Assembly (NCBI GenBank): GCA_015522055.1
Contig: WAMZ01000039.1
Location: 1-20,000 of the forward strand
DNA length: 20,000 bases
Origin: Candidatus Geothermarchaeota archaeon
GTDB lineage: Archaea > Thermoproteota > Nitrososphaeria > Geothermarchaeales > JDFR-13
Reading direction: 5' to 3'
Made by a program: the position numbers and the translations under genes. Shown here piece by piece: positions 16,132 through 20,000 of the stretch. Within the stretch, counting starts at the first letter, position 1. Every line of letters starts with the position of its first letter. The notes below the pieces were generated by a model. That model had not been told where the DNA came from. It ran no database searches and was given only the letters and a program-made list of their open reading frames with translations.

Positions 16132-17136
16132 ATGATCGTTAGGTATAGGGAGGATACTATAGGGTTAACACCCACGAGTGAGCTCGATATAGTTATCCTT
16201 TATTATATACTGTCGAGGCTGGAGGATGTAAATCTATATTCAGAGGTGTATTGGCAGGATAAGCAGGATATTGGTAGGAAGAGTATACGTACATCTAGGC
16301 GGAGGATTAAGGTGGAGCTAAGGCCATTGAACGTCTATGTCTCTGAGGATTTCAGGAGTATAAGGGTTACCGGGGCTGTGTTGGCGTCATATCCGGAAAA
16401 GTTCCTGAAGGGGCGTAAATTAGGTGTTGATATAAGGATGGGTGACAGTATCTCAGTTAATAGGACTGGGGATGTGGAGAGCCTAGTCTCTCTGGTTGAG
16501 TCTAAAAGAGATAGATGTTTGGTCGTCCTAGTACTGGGTCTAGATTCATATCTATTGGCCAGACTCTCAAATGATATGGAGGTGGTTAGCCAGCGCCGGT
16601 ACCTCTACTCGAAGCATGTATCGGAATCGGATGTGGATAGGTATAGGGAGGATGTCGCCTCTGACTTGGAGTGGGTGGTGAAGGCTAAGAGGCGGGAGGG
16701 ATGCGCATTGATAGTAGGCGCTAATATAGTCTCTAAAAGGTATGTCCCCCAGAGATATAGGCCGTTGGTCGATATATTGATAGAGGGGGATTTTGAAGGA
16801 GATGTTTCGGGGCTACTCCAACTGGTTAGGCATCAGAAGGTGCGTGAGGCCTTCGGAGATAATCCCTATGTCTCTAAACTAGCTTTATATGCAGAGACGA
16901 TGGCCAAGCTTGAGAGGGGAGAGGTTATATATGGCTATGAGGAGGTTTCATCGGCTGTTAGGTATGGCACTGTTAAGAAGCTTATAGTAACCACTGATCT
17001 ATTGTCCCAGAACCCTGATGCCATCGATATGGTTGTACATGGTTTGAAGAGGCGTTTGGATGTAACTATACTAAATAGGGGTGACTATGCATATCATTTG
17101 GTTGGCCGGTTCGGCGGCGCCGTAGCTCTATTTTAG
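16132..17136 (+). CDS. pelA: Pelota-like mRNA surveillance / ribosome rescue factor (divergent)
   Basis: 334 aa with a three-domain, eRF1-like layout. The C-terminal blocks EVIYGYEEVSSAVRYGTVKKLIVTTDLL and YHLVGRFGGAVALF match the Pelota pattern (aYG..eV..A...GAv..LLv.D.l ; G..L...GGi.A.LR). There is no GGQ or NIKS motif, so it is not aRF1. The central GPGF motif is replaced by VGANIV. Confidence 0.68.
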   Translation: MIVRYREDTIGLTPTSELDIVILYYILSRLEDVNLYSEVYWQDKQDIGRKSIRTSRRRIKVELRPLNVYVSEDFRSIRVTGAVLASYPEKFLKGRKLGVDIRMGDSISVNRTGDVESLVSLVESKRDRCLVVLVLGLDSYLLARLSNDMEVVSQRRYLYSKHVSESDVDRYREDVASDLEWVVKAKRREGCALIVGANIVSKRYVPQRYRPLVDILIEGDFEGDVSGLLQLVRHQKVREAFGDNPYVSKLALYAETMAKLERGEVIYGYEEVSSAVRYGTVKKLIVTTDLLSQNPDAIDMVVHGLKRRLDVTILNRGDYAYHLVGRFGGAVALF

Positions 17137-17466
17137 TAGCTCAAGTATTATGGGTAGGACCCCCTCGGTAAATACTGCTAGTATGAGCCCCCCTATCAAT
17201 ATATTCCTGCTCCTGTAGTTTAGGCCTGACGCACTATATTTAATCAACCCATATACTATTAGGATTATGTAGAGTGGCCTCAGTATGTATATGAATACGT
17301 CTATACCCTTCAGTAAAATGTAGTATATTATAGTCTTTAGGTTCTCGGCGAATCTATCTATCATCGGTTTATAGTCTGTCGAGTTTATACCCACCGTCTC
17401 TAGGATGCTGTTGAGCACCATGTTACACACCCCCATACAATTTGTTGCAGATATGTTTTTAAGCAT
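17128..17466 (-). CDS. Small hypothetical membrane protein (112 aa, two predicted TM helices)
   Basis: It has two long hydrophobic segments (IDVFIYILRPLYIILIVYGLI; NILIGGLILAVFTEGVLPIIL). An A/T box (17481-17494) lies just upstream on the minus strand. An alternative start is the internal ATG at 17421. It overlaps the convergent Pelota 3' end by 9 nt. No family recognised. Confidence 0.5.
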   Translation of the reverse strand: MLKNISATNCMGVCNMVLNSILETVGINSTDYKPMIDRFAENLKTIIYYILLKGIDVFIYILRPLYIILIVYGLIKYSASGLNYRSRNILIGGLILAVFTEGVLPIILELLK

Positions 17467-17525
17467 ATGAGTTTCGCATCGGATATATATTTAACCTCCT
17501 GCATACTAATTGAATTAGGATCGGG

Positions 17526-18698
17526 ATGAATACCGCCGAGTTTCTCTTGTCTATATTGGTTTTTTGGCTTGCCGTGTACATCGTTGGTAGAGTCTTGAAT
17601 ATAGAGGATTTATTACCATGGATTAGGGTGGGCCCATTCTACCTAATGTTTAGGAGTGAGAGGCTTAATAGGGTCCTAGTGAGTTTCAGTCTCTCGAGGA
17701 AGAGGATGCTTCAGAGGATCCTTGATATCGCGTCGGCCTCAGGAATAATTATTCTGGGTGCGGCTATATACTTTCTATCCCTTAGTCTAATGAGGTATTT
17801 TGAGGCTGGGGGTGGGGTGCAGACTGTTCAATTAATTATCCCTGGTGTAACTATATCGGTTGATACTGTTCTAAGGATGCTGCCAGCCTTAACTATAATA
17901 ATTGTATCTCATGAATTGGCTCATAAGGTTGGTCTACATACAGAGGGTGTCAATATTAAGTCTATGGGTGTCATCTTCTTATTCCTAATCCCCGGTGCGT
18001 TTGTGGAGCCTGATGAAGAGTCATTTAGGCGTTCAAATCCCCGCTCTAGGATGCGTATATTGAGTGCTGGTACATTTATAAACATGTTGATCGGCCTGAT
18101 GTTTCTCCCACTGGTCATTAATCCATTTGCGTTCCAGATGGTTATATCGCCTTTATATGGGCCGCCGTCGGGTGTATTGATTACTAGTATAGTGCCTAAC
18201 ACCTCACTTGCTATGCAGAGTGAGATCTCTGTTGGTGACGTTATTGTGGGGATAAATAATAACTCCATAAATGATTTGGCCAGTCTATATAGGGTGAGCC
18301 TCAGGCCTGGGGATGTGGTCGTGGTTAAATATATAGATATGGATGATGGCCTTATTCATACAGCTATATTGAGGGCGTCACCCGACCCCAATAATGCCTC
18401 GAGGGGTATACTTGGGTTCATACCCGCCAATTATTACCCCCCTAGGCTCCCGGCTCTCGACCCATATATACCCAACATTTTGTATGAGGTCTTCTTCTGG
18501 ATATACTTCCTTGGCGTCAATATAGCTATATTTAATATGCTCCCTATCTATGGCCTGGATGGATACGGATATATAGAGTCGCTGCTGGAGTATATGAAGG
18601 TTCCCCAGTCCTATAGGAGATATATAACGAGCTTCCTATTCTCCCTCGCGGTATCCCTTCTAGCACTGAATCTATATGTCTCATATATCTTGAGGTAG
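17526..18698 (+). CDS. Site-2 protease family (M50) intramembrane zinc metalloprotease with PDZ-like insert
   Basis: The HExxH motif (SHELAHK) sits in a TM helix, with the second signature NMLPIYGLDG (NxxPxxxLDG). It is polytopic. The soluble insert GDVIVGINNNSINDLASLYRV...GDVVVVKY resembles a PDZ domain. Confidence 0.9.
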   Translation: MNTAEFLLSILVFWLAVYIVGRVLNIEDLLPWIRVGPFYLMFRSERLNRVLVSFSLSRKRMLQRILDIASASGIIILGAAIYFLSLSLMRYFEAGGGVQTVQLIIPGVTISVDTVLRMLPALTIIIVSHELAHKVGLHTEGVNIKSMGVIFLFLIPGAFVEPDEESFRRSNPRSRMRILSAGTFINMLIGLMFLPLVINPFAFQMVISPLYGPPSGVLITSIVPNTSLAMQSEISVGDVIVGINNNSINDLASLYRVSLRPGDVVVVKYIDMDDGLIHTAILRASPDPNNASRGILGFIPANYYPPRLPALDPYIPNILYEVFFWIYFLGVNIAIFNMLPIYGLDGYGYIESLLEYMKVPQSYRRYITSFLFSLAVSLLALNLYVSYILR

Positions 18699-18704
18699 GT
18701 ATGA

Positions 18705-19619
18705 ATGAAGTGTAGCTACTGTGATCGTCCAGCTATATATAGGAGGAGATATAGTGGGGAGAATTTGTGTAGGAGGCATTTTATAAAGACGGTTGATGAG
18801 AAGGTGTATAAGTCGGTTAGGGGATATCTGACTAGGGGGAGTAGGATAGGGTTGGCCGTCTCTGGTGGTAAGGATAGCCTTACCATGGCATATATAGTTG
18901 GGAAGATAGTTAGGCGGGTAGGCGGCCATATAGATTTGGTGGCACTAATAGTGGATGAGGGTATATCTGGCTACCGGGATAGATCGGTTGAGGTTGCTAC
19001 GGAGCAGCTGGGTAGATGGGGTGTGCGGTATAGGGTTGGTAGGGTATATGAGTATTTCGAGACTACTGTGGATAAGCTTGTATCGAGTAATGATAAGAAC
19101 CTGTCATGTACCTATTGTGGCCTATTGCGAAGGAGGGTTTTGAACTACTTGGCTGAGGAGGAGGGTGTAGATAGGCTGTTTACCGGCCACAACGCCAGCG
19201 ATATAGCGCAGACAATACTCTTGAATATGTTTCAAGGCAATGTTAGGAATATAATGTATGAGACGGAGGCGCCTGAAGCCGTTCAACGGATATATCCCCT
19301 GGGTAGGATATTGGAGCAGGAGGTGACTCTATACGCCCATTTAGCCGGGATAGATTATTACGATAAGCCGTGCCCATATACACGGTACAGCATTAGGAAT
19401 GATATAAGGAATTTCCTGACTTATATGGAGAATAAGAGGCCTGGTATAACCTTCAGCTTAATCGCCTCCGCTGGGAAGATTAGGTCTGAGGTGGGGAAGA
19501 GGCTTAGGATGGGGAGCTGTAGTATATGTGGGCAGCCCACTACTAGGGAGGTATGTAAGGTGTGTGAACTTAGCATGAAACTGGGTCTACCGCTGCCAAA
19601 AAATATAAAAACTAGGTAG
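18705..19619 (+). CDS. ttuA: tRNA 2-thiolation PP-loop ATPase, TtuA/Ncs6 (NcsA) family
   Basis: It has the PP-loop SGGKDS and candidate Fe-S cluster cysteines (CTYCGLLRR and KPCPY). An N-terminal zinc finger (CSYC...CRRH) and a C-terminal zinc finger (CSIC...CKVC) flank the core, as in the TtuA/Ctu1 family. Confidence 0.88.
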   Translation: MKCSYCDRPAIYRRRYSGENLCRRHFIKTVDEKVYKSVRGYLTRGSRIGLAVSGGKDSLTMAYIVGKIVRRVGGHIDLVALIVDEGISGYRDRSVEVATEQLGRWGVRYRVGRVYEYFETTVDKLVSSNDKNLSCTYCGLLRRRVLNYLAEEEGVDRLFTGHNASDIAQTILLNMFQGNVRNIMYETEAPEAVQRIYPLGRILEQEVTLYAHLAGIDYYDKPCPYTRYSIRNDIRNFLTYMENKRPGITFSLIASAGKIRSEVGKRLRMGSCSICGQPTTREVCKVCELSMKLGLPLPKNIKTR

Positions 19620-19623
19620 GTCT

Positions 19624-19633
19624 AAAATATAAT
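19624..19633 (+). promoter_or_regulatory. TATA box of the tRNA-Ala gene
   Basis: aaaatataat is centred ~25 nt upstream of tRNA position 1 (19653). Confidence 0.55.
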
Positions 19634-19652
19634 ATGCATTAAATACAGGTAT

Positions 19653-19747
19653 GGGCCCGTAGTCTAGTGGTAGGACAGGCCGCATCGGCCCCTGAGGCCG
19701 CCTTGGCATGGCGGAGGTCCCGGGTTCGATTCCCGGCGGGTCCACCA
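19653..19747 (+). tRNA. tRNA-Ala (anticodon GGC), intron-containing, CCA encoded
   Basis: Hand-folded cloverleaf:
- acceptor GGGCCCG/CGGGUCC with G3:U70 (the Ala identity pair), A73 and an encoded CCA
- D arm GUCU-AGUGGUA-GGAC
- anticodon arm CCGCC-UUGGCAU-GGCGG (GGC at 19705-07)
- variable loop AGGUC
- T arm CCGGG-UUCGAUU-CCCGG
The 20 extra nt between the D stem and anticodon stem are the intron. Confidence 0.93.
19677..19696 (+). other. tRNA intron (20 nt) at non-canonical position 25/26 with hBHBh' motif
   Basis: The bulge-helix-bulge can be drawn as:
- outer helix 19667-70/19698-701
- central 4-bp helix UAGG 19671-74 / CCUG 19691-94
- 3-nt bulges ACA 19675-77 and AGG 19695-97
- inner helix GGCC 19678-81 / GGCC 19687-90 with loop GCAUC
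Cleavage after the 2nd bulge nucleotide of each bulge gives ...GGAC|...|G-CCGCC, so G26 is restored. Confidence 0.75.
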
Positions 19748-19885
19748 TTTAAACCATTTAAATGATACTAATAGATGACTATACTATAGCATTGATTTAT
19801 ACTTTGTCTCGGGTTTTATTTACCTTTGTATAACACTCTATTTATTTCTGGTTATATTTGATTTTATCTAATTAATATTTTTATT

Positions 19886-20000
19886 ATGAGCCAGGGTGTT
19901 GGTGAGACTATAGATAGCCTTCTGCGTGAGGGGAGGGTATTCCATCCACCTAAGGAGTTGGTTGAGACCTCGAACGTCAAGGCTTTCATGGATCGCCATG
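19886..20000 (+). CDS. 5' end of an AMP-forming acetyl/acyl-CoA synthetase-like gene (runs off the window)
   Basis: Hand translation gives MSQGVGETIDSLLREGRVFHPPKELVETSNVKAFMDRH. The ExRVFxPPxE...A/SNV segment is typical of the N-termini of archaeal acetyl-CoA synthetases (from memory). Only 38 codons are visible. Confidence 0.45.
   Translation, partial: MSQGVGETIDSLLREGRVFHPPKELVETSNVKAFMDRH

Noticed and set aside
17921-19143. ORFs 17921..18268 (-), 18681..18929 (-), 18955..19143 (+)
   Set aside because: These are shadows of the M50 protease and TtuA-like genes.
19678-19697. Alternative intron placement at 26/27 (leaving A26)
   Set aside because: It gives the same mature length, but the central 4-bp helix of the BHB cannot form (AGGA versus CUGA). 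The 25/26 placement gives a complete hBHBh' motif and the usual G26.
19744-19761. Tandem 9-nt duplication ACCATTTAA-ACCATTTAA at the tRNA 3' end as an integration (att) scar
   Set aside because: Only 9 nt are duplicated and the copies are adjacent rather than flanking an insert. There is no integrase or foreign-looking gene downstream within the window. It is more likely a termination T-tract or a slippage duplication.
1-20000. CRISPR arrays, transposons/IS elements, integrated viral or plasmid genes, defence or toxin-antitoxin systems
   Set aside because: I saw no regularly spaced direct repeats, no inverted terminal repeats flanking a transposase- or integrase-like ORF, and no ORF with nuclease/ATPase defence-type motifs. 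Every sizeable ORF is accounted for by housekeeping or conserved-hypothetical assignments.

Overview
This is a gene-dense, mostly housekeeping chromosomal segment of an archaeon. Gene content and RNA features suggest a thermophilic crenarchaeon of the Thermoproteales type; this is inference and no search was run.

Order along the window:
- partial DUF422-like membrane gene
- (-) amidohydrolase plus a small hypothetical gene
- secG (Sec61beta, 53 aa, below the ORF-track cutoff), abutting a 609-aa DUF2070-like membrane protein
- Alba plus a four-OB-fold protein, as an operon
- (-) SWIM zinc-finger protein
- (-) stand-alone 5S rRNA
- DUF1512-like protein plus a TM zinc-ribbon protein (ATGA overlap)
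- (-) type-2 methionine aminopeptidase
- archaeal PPAT
- pheS-pheT
- an unassigned ~160-nt GC-rich structured RNA candidate
- tyrS, overlapped by a small stand-alone Toprim protein
- dnaG, split by a 1-nt frameshift inside its Toprim domain
- divergent Pelota
- (-) small membrane protein
- M50/S2P protease with a PDZ-like insert
- TtuA/Ncs6-type tRNA thiolase
- tRNA-Ala(GGC) with a 20-nt BHB intron at position 25/26 and encoded CCA
- start of an acyl/acetyl-CoA-synthetase-like gene

I recognised no CRISPR array, transposase, integrase, toxin-antitoxin or defence-type gene, and I do not see a convincing novel multi-gene system. The items most worth follow-up are the GC-rich RNA island at 13149-13310, the dnaG frameshift, the non-canonical tRNA intron, and three uncharacterised, tightly coupled gene pairs.
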